A stretch of 49,022 bases of DNA from Syncephalis fuscata S228. Its lineage: Eukaryota > Fungi > Zoopagomycota. The notes below the pieces were generated by a model, which saw nothing but the letters and a program-made list of their open reading frames with translations, was not told the origin of the DNA and ran no database searches. Positions 28,201 through 41,974 of the stretch are shown in pieces. Position numbers and translations under genes: made by a program. The stretch spans positions 1 through 49,022 of the forward strand of contig JAHLTZ010000074.1 in assembly GCA_025786725.1 (NCBI GenBank). The letters run 5' to 3'. How positions within the stretch are numbered: the stretch's first letter is position 1; every line of letters starts with the position of its first letter.

Positions 28201-28501
28201 CACCCAAAGTGAAGAAGGCACCGACCGAACCGAATCTGAAGATGGCGATACCGATACACGAACCAGGATAGAAGAGGCAGCCGGAGAAGAAAAAAGTGAC
28301 CGTAACAGCAGTCATGGTATTGGTGGTATGGCATGTGAACGCAGTGCCTCCACCTCTAGTGTGCCACCTAGCAATAATAGTAATAGTAGCTCGTTACAGT
28401 CACCGTCGCACTTGCCGCCACCGCCTATTCGACGCAGCATATCAAATGACCAGAAATCACGTTTACTCTTTGGTAAATTGTATCATGCACATAACGATTA
28501 G
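19213..28501 (+). CDS. FMP27: Bridge-like lipid transfer protein BLTP2/Hobbit/KIAA0100 (FMP27 family), about 6 exons, several frameshifts
   Basis: N-terminal TM anchor. DPSPDPSPSLGWWDKLRLVLHG. Intron 23722-23770, then NYDSFKGFRA and SVHLTPKTVQHF. Apt1-type C-terminus WRELAPVAGIAVVEHFEVNLFP, QMRTRASENRTFIYVKVPSTQLCLSY, FTLPTFEYRNKT. Confidence 0.92.
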
Positions 28502-30059
28502 CTAGTCGTTGTTTTCGTTTAGAAAATAAATACTTTATTAGTTATTATTGTGAATATTATTAAAATAAATGGTTATTTTATTATTACTACTAGCTATAGT
28601 GTTTATGATTAGTGTATAGTATACACCTCATTGAGTGTATACCGCTTTATTGGCATAGCCATCTTATATTGCTTTAAATTAGGTATGATTATCCAAGTGT
28701 TGTTACTATCTATTTTCACTGTGCTACTGTACTTAATTGGATTATAATTACTAGCAAATACAGCTATACTTTTATAGCTATTTTATTACAGCAATAGTGT
28801 TAATAAAATGTCAAGTAGATGTAGAAAGCCATCTAGTTACCTGACTCGTATTAGTTTATTAAGCTATTACATTTAGCAAATTAGATATAAATATACACAT
28901 ATGGTTTATTCTAATTATTAATTTTGTTGCCCTGTTACATTAATACTAGCGATTTAATAGCAAATCCTATTGCGGTTTGATAATTAAATTAAGCATTTAC
29001 TTTACTCAAGACTAAATGCTAAATATTATTATTTACTAAATCATTATAATGATAACTATAGCACTGTCATTATTATATATAAATATATATAATAATACTA
29101 TCATAAATTTAAGCAAAAAGCAGCTATGGATAAAGCGTAGTTGTTTTAGCATATAGTTATAAGAAGTACTATGAATGTAGGATCAAATGATATAAACAGT
29201 GGATTTGAATCTTATTAATAATAAAAATAGTTCGAGTCAGGTAGATGTGTTGAATAACCTGTAGTTATAATACAATAAAATAATAATGGGGTAAATGTAC
29301 AATTATAAAGTTATTTGTTGTATAAATAAATGAGCAAAATGCATTTGGCTTTTAATAATAAACTAGAAACAACTAGCAACATTATGGATAGTGCCTGATG
29401 GCACAATAAAATAAGATATAATATGCAATGAAAAATATGTAAATAGTGGCATTGAAATTATAGTGAATATAGCTCAATGAATGACATGTTGTTACTGTTC
29501 TATAATTCCGGGCAGGGTCTTGTGAAAGTGTGACCAAGAGCTATACCATGTAATTGGATCACCAGTTAAAGTCGTATGTGATTGATTGCAAGAATAATAT
29601 ACCTATCAAATATTAGTACCGATTACTAGTAACAAATACCTATTACGACAATATGATGAGTAGCTACTTGTTAGTTATGAGTATATGAGCAGTCACCTAA
29701 ACTAATATGCTGGGCTAATGATGAAATACTACAAGGCATTCCAGTTCTATTATTAGTTGTGTTTACTATATAATGATAGCTTTATTCAATATCAATAAAG
29801 GAATAATCAAGTTTCTAGTCCAATATTATTTCTACTTAGTGTCATACAAGTTATTCAGTTTATTATAGCTAAACTGTGGTAATTAATGACCAATAAGGAA
29901 TAATTTTATTATAAAAGCAATATAACCAAACAACACATTGTATTCTGAGCATTAAGGTAAGCGTTAATAAGCATCAGAGATTAACTTTATAGGATAGCAA
30001 CAGGATAAGGTGTTGCTTGGTCATCTAAGTTGCGATTTCTAAAACAAGAAGCGTAACAA

Positions 30060-33000
30060 TGTGTTAAAAGCTATATTGAATAAAACATAATCAATGTATG
30101 ATAAGATGGTATATATTGGTATGAATATGTCATAAGAATAATTCGTATAAATAGTGGATATATGCATACTGGATAATAATCTACAATGATGAGTATTTAA
30201 TAGCTGATTCACATACCGTCTAGTTTCATGTTCAATATAACGAGTGCCATTTCAATCACGCAAATGTTATCAATTGTAGCCATCTAATCACTCAATCACA
30301 TCATAGTCTGCTGATAAGTTGCTTACTATTAATACAATAGCTTAATACGCATATTCAATTAAATAAACCAATGATGTTTCTGTTTAAATAAATGATGCAG
30401 CGTGTACCTATATAATGCAGCTGCTTATAATACGCTAATAATTTAATACAACTCATTAATTGAGTGCCATGCTATATTTGCTGTCTATTATATTGCTTGA
30501 TTTGCCAGTTAGCATAGTAATGGTATCAGTACTATTAGCAGTAATCGACAGTTGTATATGATAGCTTGTTGATACATCAATTGGCATAAAGTCAAATAAA
30601 CATACACATTATTGTAATCATGAAATACATAAGCCACTGCATGCTGAGTAGTGATCAGTATTAACAGCACCAATTGCTTTGCATAAAATACACAGCAATA
30701 CTACCATATATCTATTAGTCCAACATCACCAGCATGTTTTACTAGCTGTGGTCACAGTAGCATATTAATACACATCGACGTCTATTCGGCGCATCATATT
30801 GTCAATTGTAGCAATGCGACAGCCATCACTAGTGTAATCGTCGACACCACAATATACAGTCTGTGCTACATTGCTAAACACATATATGTACACAGCAATA
30901 ATACACAGCAATAATATTATTGGTAATGACTAGTAAAAAACACGGCTATAGTCAATTTGCTTAGCATACAGCATACAATATACGCTGTATTATTAAGCAT
31001 CGTAAATTGATACGCAGCAACACACAAATGTTAATTGCGCTTAAATTACATGCCAATAGCTATATTCCACCAATGCAATTAATACGCCAGCTATAATACC
31101 GACAACGTCAAACAACATAGCCAAATAATGGATACTACTAAAATAATATATACAACATCTAACAATAGCTAATTGGCTAATACTATTTAATATCAATAGT
31201 CATTGTCATACAAATCTACAACTAGCTATTTATTAATAGTTGATTACACAATGCCAGTATTAGTTTATGCAGTCATAATTGATTGTTGATAATTGCTGCC
31301 AATTTGCTAATTATATTAATCAACAGACATTATAGCCAATGCACCATTCAATAATATGTTGACATTTGGTATTATATATAAATATTGTGTGTGCACAATA
31401 GCACAATAATATACATTGCTAGACTGTCGTCTACATATGCTATGAATGGTGTGATACCTGTAGATGTTGGTTTGTTTATTGGTATTACTGATGGCTTGTA
31501 TTAAACATAACTAATGCTATTGGTATGCCATGTAGTTATGCGACATAAATGTTGGTTACCATACAGCTACTAACAATTATTAATGATGGCATTGATAGCG
31601 TCAATATGCGTTAATATAAAGTTAACAGCATCTGTGATTACATACCACACGGCACCTATTATAAGCAATAACGTGCTTGCGTTTATGTCAATAGCGGCCA
31701 CTGTAAGCTATTGACCATTCTGATACTATATGGTTGCATATAGCATATACAACTACTCGTTATTAATTGCTAGAAATGCGCAGTGTGCCATTATCTGCAT
31801 GTTAGTCAACAAGCTATAGCAATAGCATTGTATTAGCTGGTTCATTAGCCAGCTGGCAAGTAGTTTAGTATCCATTTACACATTTGTACGTTGCTGCAAT
31901 GCTAATATACACTGTATATTATTTATATAAATTGCCAATGTTATTAGCTATAAAATACAATACTTTACTAACAACTATGCACAATATTAACTGACAATTA
32001 ATTACGGTAATGTAATTGCTATTATTAATTGCTAATAGCTGATTACACACTATAGCATGTGTAGTAATAACTGCCACTTACCAGCTAGTATAGCTGCTGG
32101 CTTGTCAGATGTTGCTGATGCCGCACTATACCATTAGACTGTTGATACACTTGAACAATACATATGATGTCATCTGTACTAATGGTCGTCTATATTTGTA
32201 TTGACAGTAGTTGCAGTATATAGTACTGCATAATCAATTATACATGCACGTTGCTGCATTCCGTCAATTGCTAGTACAATACGTTAATTATTTTACATAT
32301 ATTGCAGGTAGATATAGTGGCAGCTTGTATGTTGTTAATGTGTTATTTACAATGCAGTAATGCAGTGACCACTATATAGTATTACAATGGCCATGATATG
32401 CAAAACACACACTGACATGTACCAGCTATATATTGTGTATCATACACGACGATAACACAAATACTAGCATTGACAACTATATTGATATGATTTAATTTAT
32501 TGAAGCTATATATATTGGCTATTGACATTCAATAGTACATTAATGTGTAGCAAGCATAGTCGCCATTGTGTCAGTTCATTTATAATTGAGTTGCACATAT
32601 TCATGGCTTTATTTACATATACAAATAACGATACGTTGCAATAATCACCCAGTATTACAGCCGTCTATTGACATAGCGTATACATGTAACTGTAGCAGTT
32701 ACACTGACCACATCGCATATACTACTGATATTAACAGCAGTAGTCATGATAGTAATTGGTATGTATTTTACAATGCTGCATTAATTGCAATGCCGAATTG
32801 TAAGCATTATCGTTTATAGTATGGCGATTGGTGCTGCTGATTTACGTACTATGCACTACACTAACCATGCAATACGCTTAGTGGCTGTTTTTGTGCAACT
32901 AACTTATCGGTGCTACAAAGCACGCTGGCAATATAGCAGCTGTTACCCATGATGATTGTATATTTAATTCTACTATTATTTATGTATTACACGACATGCT

Positions 33001-34487
33001 ATGCATGGAATGAGTTGTATTAATGTGTTTGATAATATGTAGACAAACAGCAACCAGTTTATACATAATTGCTGAAGCTGGTGTTACAGCGTTCGCAATA
33101 TATTACTACGTATTCACCATGTCGTTAAAGCTGCAGGCCGTTGTGCAATGCTATTTGTACTAACACATTACGTATAAGTAACGTATTACATTGACCAACA
33201 ACAGCACTGGCACACCAACTGCCAATTGACGTGGCATGCTCACGACTGGCCATTGATGTTAGTGCCAGTTATGTTACTAGACATTAGCATGCCATACATG
33301 GTCAATGTATCAACACAACATGTATAGATACAGCACTAACAAGTAACATGGTTAATTAATATACAGTAATATATACCCGCTGATGAATATGCAAGTGTAC
33401 ACACGATGTTAGCAGTTGATACAGTTGCTATAATTATACAATAACTAGCACCATTATTTTTGAATGTGTTCAGCATATATACTACCAAGCACTTGTGTAT
33501 CGTCTAGCACCAATGTTGTAATACACAATCATACACTTTTAATATTATTAATTAACTATCAAACGAATTATTAACTAACTAGTTGATTGACCAATGTTAG
33601 CTGGCTATTACTCTTAGCTAAACTAGTTGACAAGTATTGAATAGCAATCATTACTAATTAACTAAATTAATTGATTAATTATTAAACAACAATTATTATT
33701 AACTAGTTAGCTAATTAACAAGTATTAAACACCAAGTACTATTAACTGACTAGAATAATTAATTAACTATTAAACAACTGTCATTATTAGGTAATTAGGT
33801 AATTAACTAATATTAAATATACTATTGATAGCTAATTAATTACTAGTATTAGATAAATTATTGCTAACTAATTATTAAACACCAATTATTAATAATTAAT
33901 TATATTTTATTTATCTGTCCAATCTACAGAGCAAAACTTTTAGCAACTAACTTTTCAGATCGATCTGAAAAACCACTTTATTAATTAATTAACTATTAGC
34001 TAATATTAAACAAATTATTGTTAACTAAAGGTAATTGACTAATCTTAGCTGGCCATTACTATTTATTAACTAGGTTAATTAATTACTAGTGCTAGACAAC
34101 AATCGCTATTAACTAGTTAACCAATTGACAAGTATTAAACGGCAATCACTATTAATCGACTAGAATAATTGATTAATTAACCAACTAATTAACTAGTATT
34201 AAGTGCACTATTAACATCAACTATTACCTGAATTACTATTAGCTGGTTATTAATATTAATTAACTAATATTAAATAAATTATTAACTAACTATTAACTGG
34301 ATTACTATTAATTAATACATTTTAATTTTTAGTTTATATTTTATTATCAAATGGCAAAGGGTATTTTTTACATTTTTAACTAATTATTACTTAACTTTTA
34401 CTTAACTTCTAGTCTATATTCTATGATTAAAATGGCAAAGAGCACCCTTTACATTTTCAGATAATTATTAATTGACTTTCAATTAAT
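30060..34487 (-). repeat. Repeat family R, copy 2 (reverse orientation)
   Basis: ~30200-33430 is a near-identical reverse complement of ~36130-39360. 33546-34170 is a near-identical reverse complement of 3000-3610. 34320-34470 carries the AAATGTAAGGGTA..TTGCCATTTTG motif also seen at 2600-2735. Confidence 0.92.
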
Positions 34488-35468
34488 AATCCAGCTAAGA
34501 CACCACCCGGAGTTAGCACAAACACTACTTACCAGTACAAAAGTGGAGCTAACTACAAGAGAGGGGGGTAAGGCCGGAAAAAAACACGAGTAAGGAAGAG
34601 TATTAAATCGAAATGAAAAGAGAAGAGTTTGCGCTAGAAATCGCAGCCGGTATACTGCCAACTCTAGAAAAGCAAAATAAGTGGTGTAGGGAGAGATATA
34701 GAACTAATATGTGCTGCAGATGTAGTAGTGGAGAAATAGAGACGTGTTGACATATAGTAAAGTGTGAAGGAAACGGACTAGATAGGAAAAAGAAGCAAGA
34801 GATAAAGCTAAAGACATGACAAGAAGAAAGGTGGAGTGGATAAATGAAAGAAGATTGAGAAAAGACCCGCCAATGAGACTGTTAAATGTGGGGGAGTGGC
34901 TGAATCTATCGCCCCAGATCAGCCAATCAGCAACACCGGACTCCTATTGGGATTGGCGAGCCTACAAACACAATACATTATGAAAAGAGAGGGGATACGT
35001 GAAGAAGAAAGAAGAAAACTGATAAAAACAGCAACAAAAACAACATTGGACTTCGTATGGAAGAAGATATGGAACACAAGATGCAAGCAAGTGGACAAAG
35101 CAATAGGAAGATGAAAAACAGCACGTACCGACACACAAGTAACAGCTCAACCAGAACCACAAGAAGGTCTGGCAACAAACGTCGAAGGCCAGAACGGCCC
35201 AAGGCAAATTTATACCTGGACCACATCAATAAAATGGCGCTCAATGTCGAACGTTACTTAAAGATGGTGGCCCCGCGTGGAGTCTATAGGACCCGGTTCC
35301 ATGCAAAAACGTGGCGGTCCGCTCGGTGTCAACAATGCTACATTGTTTAATATTTTAAAAGCTTTATTATGATTAACGTAATGACAGCATGACACTGAGA
35401 AGCAGCACAAACTCCTTAATTATGCGCAGCGGGGGCCCACAAGCTTTTCAAAATAAAAATCCAGCTAA
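34488..35468 (+). mobile_element. 5'-truncated, decayed non-LTR retrotransposon (L1/Tad-like ORF2 3' end) with an 11-bp TSD
   Basis: AATCCAGCTAA at 34488-34498 and 35458-35468. The frame from 34622 reads ILPTLEKQNKWCRERYRTNMCCRCSSGEIETC*HIVKC (zf-RVT CCHC), and later VWKKIWNTRC. A-rich 3' tail. Confidence 0.85.
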
Positions 35469-38400
35469 TAGTTAATAGTTAATTAGTTAATAATAATTTG
35501 TTTAATATTAGTTAATTAGTTGGTTAACTAATAAATAATGATTGATGTTTAATAATTAGCTAATTGATAATGATTGATGTTTGGTAGTTAATAATAATGG
35601 TTGCTGTTTAATACTGTTAGTTAGTTAATTAGTCAATAGCGATGGTTGTTTAATCTTAGTTAATTAGTTAGTCTAGTTAATTAATGGTAATAGCCAGCTA
35701 ATATTAGTTAATCAACTAGTTAGTTAATGATCAGTTAATTGGTTTAGTTAGTTAATAACGATTGTTTAACAGCTAATCAATTAGTTAATAATGGCTGCTA
35801 TTTAATACTCGTCAATTAGTTTAACTATAACTATCGTTGTCTAACACTAGTTAATTAACCGATGTAGTTGATTAATAATAGTAGCTAATTGTATCAGTCA
35901 ATCAGCTAGCTAGTTAATTAATGATGATTACTGGTTAACAATTAATTAATTATTTAAGCAGTGAACAATAATTTGTTTAATAATTAATTAGTCAATTGGT
36001 TAATAATAATTGTTGTTTATAATTAGTTAATTAACTAATAATGCTGTGTCTAACAATTAGTTTGCTAATTAATTATTAATGATCACTACTCCATTTGCTA
36101 TAATGGTGCTGTTAGCTATTGCATGATCATAGCAACTGTATCAACTGCTAATATCGTGTGTACACTTGCATATTCATCAGCGGGTATATATTACTGTATA
36201 TTAATTAACCATGTTACTTGTTAGTGCTGTATCTATACATGTTGTGTTGATACATTGACCATGTATGGCATGCTAATGTCTAGTAACATAACTGGCACTA
36301 ACATCAATGGCCAGTCGTGAGCATGCCACGTCAATTGGCAGTTGGTGTGCCAGTGCTGTTGTTGGTCAATGCAATACGTTACTTATACGTGGGTGTCAGT
36401 ATGAATAGCATTGCACAACGGCCTGCAGCTTTAACGACATGGTGAATACGTAGTAATATATTGCGAACGCTGTAACACCAGCTTCAGCAATTATGTATAA
36501 ACTGGTTACTGATTGTCTACATATTATCAAACACATTAATACAACTCATTCCGTGCATAGCATGTCGTGTAATACATAAATAATAGTAGAATTAAGTATA
36601 CAATCATCATGGGTAACAGCTGCTATATTGCCAGCGTGCTTTGTAGCACCGATAAGTTAGTTGCACAAAAACAGTCACTAAGCGTATTGCATGGTTAGTG
36701 TAGTGCATAGTACGTAAATCAGCAGCACCAATCGCCATACTATAAACGATAATGCTTACAATTCGGCATTGCAATTAATGCAGCATTGTAAAATACATAC
36801 CAATTACTATCATGACTACTGCTGTTAATATCAGTAGTATATGCGATGTGGTCAGTGTAACTGCTACAGTTACATGTATACGCTATGTCAATAGACGGCT
36901 GTAATACTGGGTGATTATTGCAACGTATCGTTATTTGTATATGTAAATAAAGCCATGAATATGTGCAACTCAATTATAAATGAACTGACACAATGGCGAC
37001 TATGCTTGCTACACATTAATGTACTATTGAATGTCAATAGCCAATATATATAGCTTCAATAAATTAAATCATATCAATATAGTTGTCAATGCTAGTATTT
37101 GTGTTATCGTCGTGTATGATACACAATATATAGCTGGTACATGTCAGTGTGTGTTTTGCATATCATGGCCATTGTAATACTATATAGTGGTCACTGCATT
37201 ACTGCATTGTAAATAACACATTAACAACATACAAGCTGCCACTATATCTACCTGCAATATATGTAAAATAATTAACGTATTGCTACTAGCAATTGACGGA
37301 CTGCAGCAACGTGCATGTATAATTGATTATGCAGTACTATATACTGCAACTACTGTCAATACAAATATAGACGACCATTAGTACAGATGACATCATATGT
37401 ATTGTTCAAGTGTATCAATAGTCTAATGGTATAGTGCGGCATCAGCAACATCTGACAAGCCAGCAGCTATACTAGCTGGTAAGTGGCAGTTATTACTACA
37501 CATGCTATAGTGTGTAATCAGCTATTAGCAATTAATAATAGCAATTACATTACCGTAATTAATTGTCAGTTAATATTGTGCATAGTTGTTAGTAAAGTAT
37601 TGTATTTTATAGCTAATAACACTGCCAATTTATATAAATAATATACAGTTGTATATTAGCATTATAGCAACGTACAAATGTGTAAATGGATACTAAACTA
37701 CTTGCCAGCTGGCTAATGAACCAGCTAATACAATGCTATTGCTATAGCTTGTTGACTAACATGCATATATGGCACACTGCGCGTTTCTAGCAACTAATAA
37801 CGAGTAGCTGTATATGCTATATGCAACCATATAGTATCAGAATGTCAATAGCTTAAGTGGCCGCTATTGACATAAACGCAAGCACGTTATTGCTTATAAT
37901 AGGTGCCGTGTGGTATGTAATCACAGATGCTGTTAACTTTATATTAACGCATATTGACGCTATCAATGCCATCATTAATAATTGTTAGTAGCTGTATGGT
38001 AACCAACATTTATGTCGCATAACTACATGGCCTACCAATATATTAGTTATGTTTAATACAAGCCATCAGTAATACCAATAAACAAACCAACATCCACAGG
38101 TATCACACCATTCATAGCATATGTAGACAACAGTCTAGCAATGCATATTATTGTGCTATTGTGCACACACAATGTTTATATTAATACCAAATGTCAAATA
38201 TTATTGAATGGTGCATTGGCTATAATGTCTGTTGATTAATATAATTAGCAAATTGGCAGCAATTATCAACAATCAATTATGACTGCATAAACTAATACTG
38301 GCATTGTGTAATCAACTATTAATAAATAGCTAGTTGTAGTTTGCCAATGTTGACTTGTATGACAATGACTATCGATATTAAATAGTATTAGCCAATTAGC

Positions 38401-39560
38401 TATTGTTAGATGTCGTATATATTATTTTAGTAGTATCCATTATTTGGCTATGTTGTTTGACGTTGTCGGTATTATAGCTGGCGTATTAATTGCATTGGGG
38501 AATATAGCTATTGGCACGTAATTTAAGCGCAATTAACATTTGTGTGTTGCTGCGTATCAATTTACGATGCTTAATAATACAGCATATATTGTATGCTGTA
38601 TGCTAAGCAAATTGACTATAGTCGTGTTTCTTACTGGTCATTACCATAATATTATTGCTGTGTATTATTGGCTGTGTACATATATGTGTTTAGCAATGTA
38701 GCACAGACTGTATATTGTGGTGTCGACGATGACACTAGTGATGGCTGTCGCATTGCTACAATTGATATATGATGCGCCGAATTAGACTCGATGTGTATTA
38801 TATGCTACTGTAAGCACAGCTAGTAAAACATGCCGGTGATGTTGGACTAATAGACATATGGTAGTATTGCTGTGTATTTTATGCAAAGCAATTGGTGCTG
38901 TTAATACTGATCACTACTCAGCATGCAGTGCTTATGTATTTCATGATTACAATAATGTGTATGTTTATTTGACTTTATGCCAATTAATGTATCGACAAGC
39001 TATCATATACAACTGTCGATTACTGCTAATAGTACTGATACCATTACTATGCTAACTGGCAAATCAAGCAATATAATAGACAGCAAATATAGCATGGCAC
39101 TCAGTTACACGAGTTGTATTAAATTATTAGCGTATTATAATCGGCTGCATTATATAAATACACGCTGCATCATTTATTTAAACAGAAACACCATTGGTTT
39201 ATTTAATTGAATATGCGTATTAAGCTATTGTATTAATAGTAAGCAACTTGTCAGCAGACTATGATGTGATTGCGTGATTAGATGGCTACAATTGATAACA
39301 TTTGCGCCATTGAAATGGCACTCGTTATATTGAACATGAAACTAGACGGTAGGTGAATCAGTTATCAAATATTTACACTGTACATTTATTATTTATTATG
39401 CATATATCCACAGTTTAGATGGATCATTCCCATTCTATTCCACACTGGCATCTAGTGTATGACATGCTATACACATTTTTTATTATATGGTATAATGCAC
39501 CTTATTCATCCGATGTATTGATACATATGCACTGCAGCTTTAACAGCGTTGTTTATGCTT
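35461..39560 (+). repeat. Repeat family R, copy 3
   Basis: Inverted match to copy 2 (the same 77-aa spurious ORF appears at 32586+ and 36973-) and to copy 4 (35467-36500 vs 43680-44468). Confidence 0.92.
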
Positions 39561-41970
39561 TTCATTGTATATGTATTTATCATGTACCGTTATATGCTCG
39601 CATGACATTGCATATACAATCTGGGTTTATTTCAACGGTATTAACAGCATCCAGTTTGTTTTGCTTATTTACGCATTTGCTTATGTATATATGCTGTATA
39701 ACGGTGACGCCGCTAACCACACGCCTTTATTGTAAATCTATCTGGATACATAACATTGTACCATGTAATGACCTTGCTTTAGCTTTATTGGTTATAAAAC
39801 TGGACTTACTTGGCTTTTCTATTTGTTTATTTTTTATAATGCACTGTAGTGGTTATTGGCGCTTTATACGTAGATTCATTTTATTGTATGTTGTTTTACC
39901 TATAATGACTGCCGACACTATGCTCATTGACGCAACTCGCCTGCTTATCCGTTGTATTGTGTTGTATTTTGCTTAACTAGCTTCAATCTATGTTTTGTAT
40001 TGTTACTGCATTTCTTTCTCGTATTATATTTTGTATTATAGTACTGCTTGTATAGCTGGATGTATGCTTGTTAGTATTGCTACGTATGGCTTTATACATA
40101 TTTGCATAGCTGTTTATTTGTATGTATAAGTGGCTTTATACTTGAGGTTAGATGGTATTGGTATATTAGTCTGTGCAGTTGTACATTCGTATAGTTAATT
40201 GCAGTGTAGCATATAATGCCGTGTAATTAGTTGTATGGCTGTATATCCACATAACTGTCTAGCTGGTAGTATATCTGTACAATTGGCGATATAGCTGTGT
40301 AATTGTGTGTTAGCCTGCTTGGCTGCACATAGTTAGTATATTGGCCAAAGTAGCTATACAGACCTATAAGCATGGTTGTATGTTATATAGTGACCAATGC
40401 TCTATACTTTTATTTATGTTTTTTAACGCTGTATGTTTTACCATTTTGATAGTTGGTTGGTTTTGCTTTATGCATAACAGCAGTTTAGTTTGTTTTGGCT
40501 TTATTAGCAATACAGCTTGACCTGTTCTGCTTATCTGCACATTTGTTATACATATGTGCTGAATAACTTCAATATAAGCTATTATCACTTTGCATAGCAT
40601 ATTCGTTTAGTTTTATACTGTTTTAGTATTTAATAATTACGCAATATTTATTGCTATTGTTTTTAATACTAGATCTGGTATTAATATATGTCTGTTTATT
40701 TTGTTTTAAATAGTTACACATCCACTCGTGTGTGTATATGCGCAATATGTCCAACATAATCAATATTCACTTCACATTGCCTGTTCGTTTAATTCAGTCA
40801 TATTTTATTGTCTACTAAGTACGTGCTGTCTGAGACTGCAATTCCTTTGTTCTCAACTTATTAATTACAAATCTCAGCTTATTTCGCTTCATTATTTATT
40901 AGGCTATATGCACTGTGTAAATGCGCCACCGCCATTTATATACTTCACCTGTATGTTCGTCATATTGTATATTGTGTTATTACATAGTAAACACGCTTTA
41001 TTTGAACTATGCTTATTTAAAGCTTACTTTATTGGTTATGGCTTTGGCAGACCCTGCTTAGTCTGCTTATTGACTCATATACAATGCAGCTTCTACTTTA
41101 CTGTGCATACAAATGATTTTGATTGTCTGGTTTATTGTATATCATTTTGTTACTAGCAAACACGCATTATTAATTGCAGCTGTTCACTTGTCAGTAGCTT
41201 TATTTGCCGTCAATTCGTCAACTGCCACTCATTTCTATGTTTTTATTCGACATACTAAGTATAGCATTTACTTTATACTGCCAAACACGTGCAATTGGCA
41301 GCCTGCTATGCTATGTTGGCTGTATATTTTGTTGTAATAGACAAAAGTATTTGTTAATCAACTTAAATGTATTACTGTGTCATTGATATATTTGCAGTAA
41401 TGCTCTGCTGTGTGCTTGCATATATACTTGTAACACACAAGCATGTCCTGGCCTACTGTATATCGCATGGCTATTTATTGTCTTACAGATGCGATGTAGT
41501 ATACACACCATAGCAAGTACGCTTAGTATATGCTGCCGTTATTTATGCGATTGCAGTAATTACTGTTATTCAACGCACTATCCATTGCTACATAGCTTGT
41601 TGTTTATCACTAAAGTTTATTTCTACTGTGCAATCAAATCCATTTGCGTTTATAGACTTCTGGCCGTGCAGCAAACTATATCGTGTTATTACATACACCA
41701 CAGTCTATTGTATAAATATGCCATTACTATTGTTATACTATTTTATATACATTCTGCCTATTTACAGCCATTGTGTTGCTTTTACCATCTGTGTTGCCAA
41801 AGCGTACGTTTATACACTATGATAGCAAATAAACAACCGATTTGCTATAAGCATTAAATGTACACGATGTAGCCCAATATGCATGTTAAATACGATTAAC
41901 AGTTACAGCCTGAGTTACAACTTAATGGTAGTGTATACAACACAGTTAATTAACAACGTGACATAAAGTA
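39560..41970. other. Gene-free, T-rich (+ strand) central core between R copies 3 and 4
   Basis: Only short C/Y/I/L/F-rich ORFs with no recognisable domain. No close second copy in the window. Confidence 0.55.
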
Positions 41971-41974
41971 CGCG

